NCBI GenBank assembly: GCA_963707025.1
Contig: CAVPOM010000007.1
Location: 224,001-288,000, forward strand
Source: an uncultured Verrucomicrobiae bacterium
GTDB taxonomy: Bacteria; Verrucomicrobiota; Verrucomicrobiia; Limisphaerales; Palsa-1400
Length of the DNA stretch: 64,000 bases
Reading direction: 5' to 3'
Within the stretch, counting starts at the first letter, position 1, and each line of letters starts with the position of its first letter. Below the pieces are notes generated by a model. The model was not told the origin of the DNA. It did no database searches and saw nothing but the letters and a program-made list of their open reading frames with translations. The translations under genes and the position numbers were made by a program. Of this stretch, positions 39,902 to 50,599 are shown piece by piece.

Positions 39902-41437
39902 CCGCCGAAGCGGATGCCCTGGGCCAGGGGGAGTTCGGAGGAATAGTTGATGGTGACGGTTTGGCGGCGCATGTAGTTTTTCCAGGCGTCGCTGCCGCTT
40001 TCCCGGCCGCCCCCGGTTTCCTTTTCCCCGCCAAAGGCGCCGCCGATTTCCGCGCCGCTGGTGCCGATGTTGACGTTGGCAATGCCGCAGTCGCTCCCGC
40101 GCTGGGAGAGGAATAATTCGGCCTCGCGCAGGTCGTTGGTGAAGATCGCCGAACTCAACCCTTGCGGCACGGCGTTGTGCCAGGCGATGGCTTCCTCCAG
40201 TTTCGCGTAGGGTATCACATATAAAATTGGCGCGAAGGTTTCCTCCCGCACGATGCCTGGCGTCGGGGCCGATCCGGACCAGGCACGGGCTGACGTACCG
40301 GCCGCCGGGATAGTTGCGTCCGCGCAACGGTTCGCCGCCGTACAGAATTTTGCCGCCCTCGCGCCGCGCGCGCCGCAAGGCCCGCCTGCATATCTTCCAC
40401 CGCCGCCAGATTGATCAGCGGGCCTATGCAGCGTGCCCGCTTCGAGGGGATTGCCCACGGGGGTCTGGCGGTAGGCGCGCAGCAGGCGCCCGGTCAACTC
40501 GTGTTCAATGGATTCGGTGGACGAACAGGCGCCGGGTGCTGGTGCAACGCTGGCCGGCCGTGCCGACGGCGCCGAACAAAATGGCGCGCGCCGCCAGTTC
40601 CAAATTGGCCGAGGGCGCGACGATGATGGCGTTGTTGCCGCCCAATTCGAGCAGGACCCGGCCCAGGCGGCGCTGCACCTGTTCGGCCACGTGCGCGGCC
40701 CATTTTGGTGGAGCCGGTGGCGGAGACGCAGGGGAAGGCGCGGGTCGCTGCGCCATTTGCTCGCCGACCGTCGCGCCGTCGCCGATGACCAGGCTGAAAA
40801 TGGCCGGGTCCACCTGGTTGGCGCGGCAGACGCGTTCGGCAATTTTGATGGTGGCAATGGCGCAGAGCGGGGTTTGGCTGGAGGGTTTCCAGAAGGTGGC
40901 GTCGCCGCAGACGGCGGCCAGGGCGCTGTTCCAGGCCCAGACGGCCACGGGGAAATTGAAGGCGGTGACGATCCCGACAATGCCCAGCGGATGCCATTGC
41001 TCGAGCATGCGGTGCCCGGCCGCTCCGAGGCGATGGTCAGCCCGTAAAGCTGCCGGGAGAGGCCCGATGGCAAAATCGCAGATATCAATCATCTCCTGCA
41101 CTTCGCCTTCGCCTTCCGCCAGGATCTTTCCGGTTTCCAGGGTGACCAGCCGACCCAAGGTCGGCCTTGGCGGCGCGCAGGGCGTTGCCGAACTGGCGGA
41201 CCATTTCGCCGCGTTTGGGCGCGGGCATGTTTTGCCAGGCGGCGAAGGCCGGCCTGGCGCGCGCGGCGGCGCTGTTCGTAATCGGCCCCGCGTGGCCGTG
41301 CGGACGCTGGCCAGCGTTTTGCCGTCAATGGGCGAGATGCTTTTCAGGAGCGGCCCGCCGCCCATCCATTCCCCGCAGAAAACGCCGGGGTTGGCCGGTT
41401 GCAGGCCGAGTTTGTCAAATAGAATATTTGGCTTCAT
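39898..41437 (-). pseudogene. ALDH7-like piperideine-6-carboxylate/aminoadipate-semialdehyde dehydrogenase, multiple frameshifts
   Basis: [76 protein letters not shown] spread over several frames. Confidence 0.8.
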
Positions 41438-41482
41438 GTCAATGCAATTTCGCAAAGTCCCTTCCAAAAAATCCGGCATTTT

Positions 41483-42882
41483 CTAGCACAGTCCCCGGCA
41501 GGCCCGGTCCAGGAGTGGCAGCGCCTCGGCGATCACCTCGTCTTTCACATCCAGCACGGGACGCAGACGGATGGAGCGTTCGCCGCAGCGCAGGACGAGC
41601 AGGCCCGACTCGTAGGCGCCGTTCCACAGTTGCGTCGCGCAACTGGCGGTTGGGCAGATCGAACGCCAGCAGCAGGCCGCGTCCGCGCACGGCGGTGAGG
41701 GCGGGATGTTTTTGGGCGAGCTGGCGCAATTCGGCCAGGAGGATGCGCCCCGGCGCGGCGGGCGTTGGCCACCAGTTTTTCCTCTTCAATGATGCGCAGG
41801 AAATGGGTCGAGCGGACATAATCGCAAAAATTGCCGCCCCAGGTGGAACTGATGCGGCTGGGCAGGCGGAAGACAGTTCTCCTTGCACTTCGTCCAGGCG
41901 CGGCCCGGCCATGACGCCGCAGACCTGCGCTTTCTTGCCAAAGACCAAGCAGGTCGGGCAGCACGCCAAAATGCTGGCAGCACCAGTTCGGCCGGTCACG
42001 CCCATGCCGCATTGGACTTCGTCAAAGATGAGCAGCAGATCGTTCTCATCGCACAAGCGGCGGAGCGTTTGCAGCAATTCGCCGCGGAAATGGTTGTCCC
42101 CGCCTTCGCCCTGGATCGGTTCGATGATGATGGCGGCGAGGTCCGCCCCCCGTTGGGCGAGAAGGTCGCGGATTTGTTCCTCGGCCTGCTTTTCCTTTTG
42201 CCGGACGTTTGCCAGGCGCTCCTCTTCCGGCAGGGAAAAGTCAAGGAACGGGTTGCTCACGCGCGGCCAGGGGAACTTGGCGAACAGATCGATCTTGCGC
42301 GGGTCGGTGTTGGTCAGGCTCATGGTGTAGCCGCTGCGGCCGTGGAAGGCCCGGTCGAAATGCAGGATCTCCGTGCCCGCGTTCGCCCCGTCCGGCCGCC
42401 AGGTTCTGCCGCACTTTCCAGTCCATCGCGGCCTTGAGCGCGTTCTCCACGGCCAGCGCGCCGCCCTCGATGAAAAAATAGCGCTCCAGCGGCGGCAGCC
42501 CCATCACCCGCGCGAAGGTCTGGACGAAGGTGGCATAGGCCGTCGAATAAACATCCGCGTTGGCCACTTTGACCTTCGCCGCCGCCAGCAGGTCCGCCTC
42601 CACTTCCGGCCGGTTGAACTAGGGATGATTGAAGCCGATGGGCAGGGAGGCGTAGAAGGCGTAGAAGTCCAGGTAGCTGCGTCCGGTGGCGGCATCCACC
42701 AGGCGCGAGCCGCGGCTTTTCTCCAGGTCAATCACCAGCTTGAATCCGTCTGTCAAGATATGTTTTTCCAGCTCGGCGATGACCTGGCCGGGGGCCACCT
42801 CCGCCTCCCCGGCCGGGGCCGGCCGGGCCGGGGCGGATTTTGCCCCTGGGGGCCGCCGCCGCGGTGGTGCTTTCAGTTTCAT
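41483..42882 (-). pseudogene. lat: L-lysine 6-transaminase, in-frame TAG at 42619 plus several frameshifts
   Basis: ASLPIGFNHP, GGALAVENALKAAMDWK, FHGRSGYTMSLTNT, EPIQGEGGD, FDEVQ, FGKK, SSTWGGN. Confidence 0.8.
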
Positions 42883-43000
42883 AATGGAAAATTAGAAGCC
42901 TGCCAAAGGTTGTTCAAGGACAATAGGCCCGGCCTGGGCCGGCCGCGCCAGGCCACGCGCCCAACCGTGCTCCGCCTTTTCCCCGGGGGTGAAAACCGCA

Positions 43001-45538
43001 TTACGGTTCGGCGATGATCTTGGCGCGTTCGGTATGGTACTGGAGCGGGCTGATTTCGTCGTTCTTGTAACGGCGATTCAGCTCCTCCAACTTTTGTTCC
43101 TTGGTGAGAGGCGCATTGGCGTCAACGGCCGGGACGGGCGCCGCGGTCGTCTTGGCGGCGGCGGTGGTGGATGTCGGCACGGACCCGCTGGCCTTCGCCG
43201 CTGCTGTCTCGGGGGCGGCAACTTCCGGAGCCTTCTTCTGAGCTTTGGCATTGGCCGCGGCGGCGGCGGCCAGCTTTTTGTCTTCCGCCTGTTTGAGTTT
43301 GGCGTTGGCATTTGCCTCTTTAATGGCCTTTGCTACCGCGGCCTTTCTCTCCTTTTCGGCCTTGGCCGCGGCCGCGGCCGCTTTCGCCGCCTGCTCTTGC
43401 TTCAACTTGCTGGCGGCCATCTCCTCCTCATGTTGGGCTTTGGCCAACTGCGCGGCGGTCAGGTGATTCTTTTCGGCCTCCTTGGCTTGCGCCTTCTCAA
43501 GGGCGGCTTGGGCGGCTTTATCCTGGCGCGCTTTTTCGGCGGCATCCTGCGCGGCTTTGGCCGCGGCGGCGGCCTGTGCCGCCGCTTGGTCCTGGCGCGC
43601 TTTTTCAGCGGCATCCTGCGCGGCTTTGGCTGCGGCGGCGGCCTGTGCCGCCGTTTGGTCCCGGCGCGCTCTTGCGGCGGCATCCTGCGCGGCTTTAGCC
43701 GCGGCGGCGGTCTGTGCCGCCACTTTATCCTGGCGCGCTTTTTCAGCGGCATCCTGCGCGGCTTTGGCCGCGGCGGCGGTCTGTGCCGCCGCTTGGTCCT
43801 GGCGTGCTTTTTCCGCGGCTTGCTGTGCGGCTTTAGCCGCGGCGGCGGCCTGTGCCGCCGCTTGGTCCTGCTTCAATTTGGCGGCGGCCGCCTCCTGGTC
43901 ATGCCGGGCTTTGGCCTGCTGCTCGGCGGCCAGACGATTTTTTTCCGCTTCATTGACTGGCGCTTTCGGAACGGCGGCCTGGACGGCTTGGCCCTGGCGC
44001 GCTCTTTCGGCGGCTTCCTCTGCGGCTCTGGCGGCGGCGGCCTTTGCCGCCGCTTGTTCTTGCTTTAATCTGGCTGCGGCCACCTCCCTTGGAGACGGAA
44101 GCGGGACGATGGTTCCTGCTGAGGCTTGCTGCAAATTGGCGGCGGCCACCTCTTGGTCATGCCGGGCTTTGGCCTGCTGCTCGGCGGCCAGGCGATTTTT
44201 TTCCGCATCACTGACTTGCGCTGTCGCAACGGCGGCTTCCGGTGCGGCAATGGCGGCGGTGCCGGCCTTTGCCGCGGCTTGTTCTTGCTTCAATTTGGCG
44301 GCGGCCACTTCCCCTGGAGACGGAGCCGGGAGGGTGGTTCCTGATTGGGTTTGATTAAATCTGGTGGCGGCCACCTCCTTGACGCGGGTGGTGAAGATGT
44401 CGCCCTGCGCCCGCTCATCATTCAATTTGGCCGCAGCCACGTCCTTGGCAGACGGAGCCGGGACGATGCTTGCTGCTTGGGCTTGCTGCAATCTGGCGGC
44501 GGCCGCCTCTTGGTCGCGCCGGGCTTTGGCCTGTTGCTCGGCGGCCAGAAGATTTTTTTCCGCATTATTGACTTGCGCGGCCGGAGCGGCGGCTTGGACA
44601 ACTTGGTCCTGGCGCACTTTTTCGGCGGTTTCAGGTGCGGCTTTGGCAGCGGCGGCGGCGGCCTTGGCCGCCGCTCGGTCCTGCTTCAATTTGGCCGCGG
44701 CCACCTCCTTGGCAGACGGAGCCGGGAGGATGGTTCCTGCCGGGGCTTGCTGCAATGTGGCGGCGGCCGCCTGCTGGTCACGCTGGGCTATGGCCGGCTG
44801 CTCAGCGGCCAGGGGAATCTTCTCGGCCTCCTTGACTTGCGCTTTCGGAACGGCGGCTTGGACGGCTTGGTCCTGGCGCGCTTTCTCGGCGGCGGCCTTT
44901 GCCGCCGCTTGGTCCTGCTTCAATTTGGCCGCGGCCACCTCCTTTGCGGACGGAGCCGGGAGGATGGTTGCGGCCGGGGCTTGCTGCAATGCGGCGGCGG
45001 CTGCCTCCTGGTCATGCCGGGCCTTGGCCTGCTGCTCGGCGGCCAGGCGATTTTTTTCCGCATCATTGACTTGCGCTTTCGGAACGGCGGCTTGGACGGC
45101 TTGGGCCGGGCGCGCTTTTTCGGCGGCTTCCGGCGCGGCTTTGGCTGCGGCGGCGGCCTTTGCCGCCGCTCGGTCCTGCTTCAATTTGGCCGCGGCCACC
45201 TCCTTTGCAGACGGCGCCGGGAGGATGGTTGCGGCCGGGGCTTGCTGCAATGTGGCGGCGGCCGCCTCCTGGTCATGCCGGGCCTTGGCCTGCTGCTCGG
45301 CGGCCAGCCGCTGCTTTTCGTCCTCCTTGGCTTGATCTTTCGAGGCGCTGGCGGGTTCTTGCCGGGTCTCGTCCACCTGCGTTGGATTGGCGATGACGAC
45401 GGTCTTTTTCTCGGCGTCAAATTTGCGCAGGAGCCGGGCGTCGCTTTCCGTGAGATTGCCGTCCTTGGGGGAAGTGCAGGACACGCCACCGGAAAGACCG
45501 ATGGAACAGGCCAAAATTAACAGGGTGCAGTTTCTCAT
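43001..45538 (-). CDS. Ala/Lys/Gln-rich repetitive (TolA-like composition) probable lipoprotein with SHOCT-like C-terminus
   Basis: Hydrophobic leader ending GVSC; long tandem repeats; C-terminal KLEELNRRYKNDEISPLQYHTERAKII. Confidence 0.75.
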   Translation of the reverse strand: MRNCTLLILACSIGLSGGVSCTSPKDGNLTESDARLLRKFDAEKKTVVIANPTQVDETRQEPASASKDQAKEDEKQRLAAEQQAKARHDQEAAAATLQQAPAATILPAPSAKEVAAAKLKQDRAAAKAAAAAKAAPEAAEKARPAQAVQAAVPKAQVNDAEKNRLAAEQQAKARHDQEAAAAALQQAPAATILPAPSAKEVAAAKLKQDQAAAKAAAEKARQDQAVQAAVPKAQVKEAEKIPLAAEQPAIAQRDQQAAAATLQQAPAGTILPAPSAKEVAAAKLKQDRAAAKAAAAAAKAAPETAEKVRQDQVVQAAAPAAQVNNAEKNLLAAEQQAKARRDQEAAAARLQQAQAASIVPAPSAKDVAAAKLNDERAQGDIFTTRVKEVAATRFNQTQSGTTLPAPSPGEVAAAKLKQEQAAAKAGTAAIAAPEAAVATAQVSDAEKNRLAAEQQAKARHDQEVAAANLQQASAGTIVPLPSPREVAAARLKQEQAAAKAAAARAAEEAAERARQGQAVQAAVPKAPVNEAEKNRLAAEQQAKARHDQEAAAAKLKQDQAAAQAAAAAKAAQQAAEKARQDQAAAQTAAAAKAAQDAAEKARQDKVAAQTAAAAKAAQDAAARARRDQTAAQAAAAAKAAQDAAEKARQDQAAAQAAAAAKAAQDAAEKARQDKAAQAALEKAQAKEAEKNHLTAAQLAKAQHEEEMAASKLKQEQAAKAAAAAAKAEKERKAAVAKAIKEANANAKLKQAEDKKLAAAAAANAKAQKKAPEVAAPETAAAKASGSVPTSTTAAAKTTAAPVPAVDANAPLTKEQKLEELNRRYKNDEISPLQYHTERAKIIAEP
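43521..43870 (-). repeat. About five tandem 69-bp coding repeats
   Basis: 23-aa unit QDQAAAQAAAAAKAAQDAAEKAR with starts spaced 69 bp apart. Confidence 0.85.
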
Positions 45539-45575
45539 GCGCCATTTGTACGGGAAAACGGCGGGGAAAGCAAGT

Positions 45576-46601
45576 TCAAGTGCGCAGGCCCATTTCCCGG
45601 CGGAACTGGGCCTTCCAGGCCGCGGGCCAGGCCGAGAGAAGGATGGACCGGGCCATGATGGCGCGGACTTCACGGCGGGTGATTTTGATGCGCCGGGTTT
45701 GGTCCAGCACATTTTCGCCGCGCAATCCGCGCAGGGTCCTGGCGCCAATCAAAACCGGCCACGCGCAGGCCAGGCGCAGGCGCCATTGGCCGCCCGGCAG
45801 CGCGTTGGTGTAATTCCAACCAGCCTGCAAATGGTCCGCGGCGCGATCCAGCCAGGTTTGGTAAAGCGGGCGGAAGCGCGGTTCGCTGGCGGCGGAGCGC
45901 AAGTCCTCCGGCGTCAGGCCGGCCGCCGCCAGGGATTGGCGCGGCAGGTAGCAGCGGCCATTGTTCAAATCGGCCGGGATATCGCGCAGGATGTTCACCA
46001 GTTGCAGGCCCTTGCCAAAACGAATCCCGTCCCGCAGCAGCATCGCCTCATCCACCTGCGCCCGCGAGAAAAGATGGGCGCGGCAGAGGCGCGTCCAGAA
46101 TTCCCCCACGCAACCGGCCACGCGATAAGTATAATCGTCCAGGTCCGCCTCGGTTTCCAGCGCGGGGAGATTCTGGCGCTCGCCGGGTCCGAATCGCTGC
46201 AAGTCCAATTCCTGGCCGCTGATAATGGTGCTCAAGACCTCGCGAATGAGCCGTTTATCCTCCTCCGCCAAATCGTTGAAAACCCGCAACGTCTCTTCAA
46301 CCCGGTCCAGCAATTGCCTTTCCGGCGCCGTCTCATTGCCATGCTGCAAATGGACCTGGTGCAGCGCCGGCGCGGGCGCGCCCAGGATGCGGCTCCGCAA
46401 ATCCGCCAGGGCGCGCAGGCGGGTTGGCGTCGAATCCAGGCGGCTGTCCGCGATGGTGTCGGTGGTGCGGGCCAGCAAATAGGCGATGCCGACCTGCGGC
46501 CGGACGGCGCGGGGCAGAATCCGCACGGTCAAGTAAAACGACCGGGAGGTGTCGCGCAGGAGGGATTGAAGCGATGGGTCAGCCACAGGCAGGGAACTCA
46601 A
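45576..46601 (-). CDS. Squalene/phytoene synthase family protein
   Basis: TSRSFYL, AYLLARTTDTIAD, YTYRVAGCVG, GLQLVNILRD, GRCYLP. Confidence 0.9.
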   Translation of the reverse strand: MSSLPVADPSLQSLLRDTSRSFYLTVRILPRAVRPQVGIAYLLARTTDTIADSRLDSTPTRLRALADLRSRILGAPAPALHQVHLQHGNETAPERQLLDRVEETLRVFNDLAEEDKRLIREVLSTIISGQELDLQRFGPGERQNLPALETEADLDDYTYRVAGCVGEFWTRLCRAHLFSRAQVDEAMLLRDGIRFGKGLQLVNILRDIPADLNNGRCYLPRQSLAAAGLTPEDLRSAASEPRFRPLYQTWLDRAADHLQAGWNYTNALPGGQWRLRLACAWPVLIGARTLRGLRGENVLDQTRRIKITRREVRAIMARSILLSAWPAAWKAQFRREMGLRT

Positions 46602-46666
46602 TTATTGGGTTCGGCGGTGAAATGGAAAGCATGAAGGCCATTTTCGAAGCCGAGAAACATATTCGT

Positions 46667-46996
46667 TCAGGATGGCTTTTCATGATCTCCTTTCTTTTTA
46701 GTGGGATTAGCGGGCTTGGACATAATGCCCATGACAAGAAAAAGAATCGCGCCTAAAAGAGCGTTGGCGATGATCGAGAATGGGGCACTTTGAAATAATG
46801 AACCGTTTGGAAAATCCAATCCCATGCATTTAAACAGCAAACCGCTGGGCACAGCTATAATAAGAAGAGCCATCATAGAATAATGGGTATTCTCGTACCA
46901 TACGGCCCAAGATGTTCTGAATCCAAAGATAATGGCACCCCACATCGAAATGAAGAACAGGCGTCGGCTCCTAGGGAATCGCTTTGCTATTTGCAT
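46667..46996 (-). CDS. Low-GC small membrane protein
   Basis: 109-aa ORF with three hydrophobic segments in an AT-rich patch. Confidence 0.5.
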   Translation of the reverse strand: MQIAKRFPRSRRLFFISMWGAIIFGFRTSWAVWYENTHYSMMALLIIAVPSGLLFKCMGLDFPNGSLFQSAPFSIIANALLGAILFLVMGIMSKPANPTKKKGDHEKPS

Positions 46997-47106
46997 AAGA
47001 GTTACTAGAAAGAGTTAATTCTCCACACGCCATTCTCTTTATCGAAATCTACTGCCACTGTTAAGGCGGCTTCTGCCATAACACGAGTAAACGTCTGGCG
47101 GATTCT

Positions 47107-47340
47107 TTACTTTTCTGGGCGTTCAAGCAACATCAGCGCATCATCCGCCGCGACCGGATGTTTATTGCGTTCCGCTTTGCGCCGGGCGAGCAGTTCCCGG
47201 CCGCGTTTGAGCTGGGTCGTATATTGTTTCTCATCTTCGCGCAGGCTGGCCAGATATTTGGCAATGTCGTGTCCATGCTCGGCGGAGATGCGATGCCGCA
47301 CCGCCCTGATTTCTTCGATGGCTTTGTCTGCTGCGTTCAT
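47107..47340 (-). CDS. Small hypothetical protein (antitoxin-like)
   Basis: DKAIEEIRAVRHRISAEHGHDIAKY pattern seen in small TA-associated proteins. Confidence 0.6.
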   Translation of the reverse strand: MNAADKAIEEIRAVRHRISAEHGHDIAKYLASLREDEKQYTTQLKRGRELLARRKAERNKHPVAADDALMLLERPEK

Positions 47341-47370
47341 GCTTCCCAATAGCCCGGGATTAAGGCTCAA

Positions 47371-47494
47371 GGCGGTGGTCGGCGAGGACGCCGACCACCA
47401 CACGCGGGGGCGCGTGTGCTCCCCGGACAAAAGAAGTCACGGCTCGACGGAGTCTTCCACCTTCGCCGGGCCTACGGTGGACAGGCGCCCTGCC
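47371..47494. repeat. REP-like hairpin cluster (GGAG type plus GTAG type with a nested insert)
   Basis: GGTGGTCGGCGAGGACGCCGACCACC, CACACGCGGGGGCGCGTGTG, and a copy related to 63129-63160. Confidence 0.7.
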
Positions 47495-47517
47495 GTGAAG
47501 GAATTCGTCGCCGCTCC

Positions 47518-48899
47518 TCATGAGAATTGCTCGCGCCAGCGGGCCAGTTGTTTGGCGACTTCCTTGGTGCCGGGCGCGCCGATCAGGTTTCGTTTGGCCA
47601 TCGCCTCGGGCAAATGGAACACGTCCAGTGCGTCGCGGGCAAAAGTCTTGTCAATGGTTTGCAGTTCCGCGAGCGACAATTTATCCAGCGGCTTGCCGGT
47701 TCTTTCGGCCAGCGCCACGACCGCGCCGATGACGTGGTGGGCCTGGCGGAAGGGCATGCCTTTGCCCACGAGATAGTCGGCCAGGTCCGTCGCCAGCAAC
47801 GCCGGGTCGCCCGCCGCCGCCGCGCAGGCCGCGCGGTTGACCGCCGCGTTTTTCAGCAGCGCCGCCATCAGCCGCACGCAGGCGCGCACGGTGTCGGCGG
47901 TGTCGAAGAGACGTTCCTTGTCCTCCTGCAAATCGCGGTTGTAAGCCATGGGCAAACCCTTGAGCAGCGTCAGCAGCGACACCAGGTTGCCGATGACCCT
48001 GGCGGCCTTGCCGCGCGTCAACTCCGCGACGTCCGGGTTTTTCTTCTGCGGCATGAGCGAGGAACCGGTGGTGAAGGCGTCGGCCAAAGTGATGAAACCA
48101 AATTCGGTCGTGGCCCAAAGAATCAAATCTTCCGCCAGGCGCGAAAGATGCACCGCCAGCAGCGCCGCCGCCGCGCAAAATTCCACGACAAAGTCGCGAT
48201 CGCTGACCGCGTCCATCGAATTTTGCGTCAAGCGCGCAAAGCCGAGCAGGCGCGCCACCAGGGCGCGGTCCAGTGCCAGCGTGGAACCGGCCAGGGCGCC
48301 GCTGCCAAGGGGGCAGACATTGGTTCGCTCATAGCAGTCCAGCAGCCGCTCTGGTCCCGTTCCAGCATTTCGACATAGGCCAGCAGATGATGCGCCAAAT
48401 AAACCGGCTGGGCGCGCTGCAAATGGGTGTAGCCGGGGATGAGCACGTCGGAATACTTTTCGCCGAGACCGACCAGCGCCGCCTGCAAGCCGTGGATGGC
48501 AAAGCGCAGGCCGGCGATTTCCTCGCGCAGCCACAAGCGCATGTCGAGGGCGATTTGATCATTGCGCGAGCGGCCGGTGTGCAGCTTGGCCCCCGCCGGC
48601 TCGCGGGCGGTCAGCGCCGCCTCGATGTTCATGTGGACATCCTCCAAATCCACCCGCCATTTGAATTTGCCCGCGACAATTTCCCTGGCGATGGCGGTGA
48701 GGGCCTTTTCGATGGCGCGCTCCTCCCGGGCGGCGAGCACGCCGATTTTTTTCAACGTGGCGGCATGGGCCAGCGAGCCGAGGATGTCGTGTTCCCACAG
48801 CCTCCAATCAAAGGAAACCGACTGGGTAAACAGGGCCGCGCCGGCATTGACTTCGCCGCGGAACCGCCCGCTGCGTGAAACTGGAGAAGGGCGCTTCAT
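47518..48899 (-). CDS. argH: Argininosuccinate lyase (frameshift near 48348)
   Basis: EDVHMNIE, LHTGRSRNDQ, PGYTHLQRAQP, GSSLMPQKKNPD, YNRDLQEDK. Confidence 0.93.
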
Positions 48900-48995
48900 G
48901 TCAGGCCGTCAATGTGCGGGTGCCTCCACGGAAAGTCACGCCGCAAATAAATGCAGAATGAAGAATGGGCGCAGGACACAATTCTTCGTGGCTCG

Positions 48996-49241
48996 CCCTC
49001 ATCCTAACCTTCTCCCCCTGGGAGAAGGAACAGACTTCGCCCGCCTCGGGTTGGGGGCATGCGCTTCCGGCAAATCCCAGTGCCGGCAATTCGCGAGGTC
49101 GGCGGAGGTTTCACCCTCTCCTGGAGGAGAGGGCCGGGGTGAGGTCGAGCCTTTCCGCTGACTTGGCTTTTTGGTTCGCTCTCATCCTGACGTTTTCCTC
49201 GAGTCCTCGCTCGTGCCTCAAGGAGAGATTAGGAGAGGGAA
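48996..49241. repeat. Array of CCCTC/GAGGG-type palindromic repeats between convergent-free argH and gdhA
   Basis: CCCTCATCCTAACCTTCTCCCCCTGGGAGAAGG, CCCTCTCCTGGAGGAGAGGGCCGGGGTGAGG, CTCTCATCCTGAC. Confidence 0.7.
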
Positions 49242-49261
49242 AGCGCACTGCCCTCGCGGGC

Positions 49262-50599
49262 TTAGACCAGCCCCTGGTCCAGCATGGCCTCGCCGACTTT
49301 GCGGAAGCTGGCGGTGTTGGCGCCCACGACGTAGTTGGTGTAGCCATCCTGCTCGCCAAAACGCACGCATTGGTTGTGGATGGCTTTCATGATGTCGCTC
49401 AAACGCTTGTCCACCTCGTCGTTGGTCCACTGCAGGCGCATGCTGTTTTGCGTCATCTCCAGCCCGCTCACCGACACGCCGCCGGCGTTGGCCGCCTTGC
49501 CGGGGCCGAAAAGGATCTTCTTGCCGAGGAAGACTTCGACCGCTTCGGGGGTGGACGGCATGTTGGCGCCCTCGGCCAGGCAGATGCAGCCGTTGCCGGC
49601 GAGGGACTGGGCATCGCTGCCGCTGATTTCGTTTTGCGTGGCGCAGGGCAGCGCGATCTGGCAGGGCACATCCCAGGGCCGTTTGCCCTCGAAATACTCG
49701 CATTTGAACCGGGCGGCGTACTCCTGGATGCGCCCGCGCCGGACGTTCTTGAGTTCCTTGACGAAGGCCACCCGCTCGGCATCCAGGCCCTGCGGGTCAT
49801 GGACGAAGCCGTTGGAGTCGGAGAGGGTCACGACCTTGGCGCCCCGCATCATGGCCTTCTCGGCGGCGAACTGGGCCACGTTGCCCGAACCGGAGATGGC
49901 CACCACTTTGCCGCTGATGGAAATGCCCCGGGTGCGCAGCATTTCTTCGACGAAATAAACCAGGCCGTAACCGGTGGCTTCTTCGCGGACGCGGCTGCCG
50001 CTCCAGTTGATGCCCTTGCCGGTGAGCACCCCGGTGAATTCATTGCGCAGCTTCTTGTATTGGCCGAAGAGGAAGCCGATTTCCCGCCCGCCCACGCCGA
50101 TATCCCCCGCCGGCACGTCGGTGTCCGGCCCGATGTGGCGGCAAAGCTCGCCCATGAAGGCCTGGCAAAAGCGCATCACTTCTTCATCGCTCTTGCCTTT
50201 GGGATCGAAATCGGAGCCGCCCTTGCCCCCGCCCATCGGCAGGGTGGTGAGGGCGTTCTTGAAGACCTGCTCGAAGGCCAGGAACTTGAGGGTGCCGAGC
50301 GTGACGGAGGGATGGAAACGCAGACCGCCTTTGTAAGGCCCGATGGCGCTGTTCATCTGGACGCGGTAGCCGCGGTTGACCTGCACCTCCCCTTTGCGGT
50401 CGATCCAGGTGACGCGAAACAGGATGACCCGTTCCGGCTCGGCCATGCGCTCCAGGATTTTTGCCTTCTGGTATCTCGGGTTCTTCTCGACAAATGGCCA
50501 AACCGACTTGGCAACTTCCGTCACCGCCTGATGAAACTCGGTTTCGGAGGGATAACGCTTCTTGAGCGCGTTGAGGAAACTGGACAGTTCGTTGGGCAT
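49262..50599 (-). CDS. gdhA: NADP-specific glutamate dehydrogenase
   Basis: GPYKGGLRFHP, GGGKGGSDFDP, DVPAGDIGVG, EATGYG, GSGNVA, EGANMP. Confidence 0.97.
   Translation of the reverse strand: MPNELSSFLNALKKRYPSETEFHQAVTEVAKSVWPFVEKNPRYQKAKILERMAEPERVILFRVTWIDRKGEVQVNRGYRVQMNSAIGPYKGGLRFHPSVTLGTLKFLAFEQVFKNALTTLPMGGGKGGSDFDPKGKSDEEVMRFCQAFMGELCRHIGPDTDVPAGDIGVGGREIGFLFGQYKKLRNEFTGVLTGKGINWSGSRVREEATGYGLVYFVEEMLRTRGISISGKVVAISGSGNVAQFAAEKAMMRGAKVVTLSDSNGFVHDPQGLDAERVAFVKELKNVRRGRIQEYAARFKCEYFEGKRPWDVPCQIALPCATQNEISGSDAQSLAGNGCICLAEGANMPSTPEAVEVFLGKKILFGPGKAANAGGVSVSGLEMTQNSMRLQWTNDEVDKRLSDIMKAIHNQCVRFGEQDGYTNYVVGANTASFRKVGEAMLDQGLV

Noticed and set aside
42619..42621. TAG as pyrrolysine or stop-codon reassignment in lat
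   Set aside because: It lies in an error-dense stretch, and TAG terminates other genes normally (leuS, GH55).
43521..45310. CRISPR-like periodic repeats
   Set aside because: Repeats are contiguous coding units without unique spacers; no cas genes.
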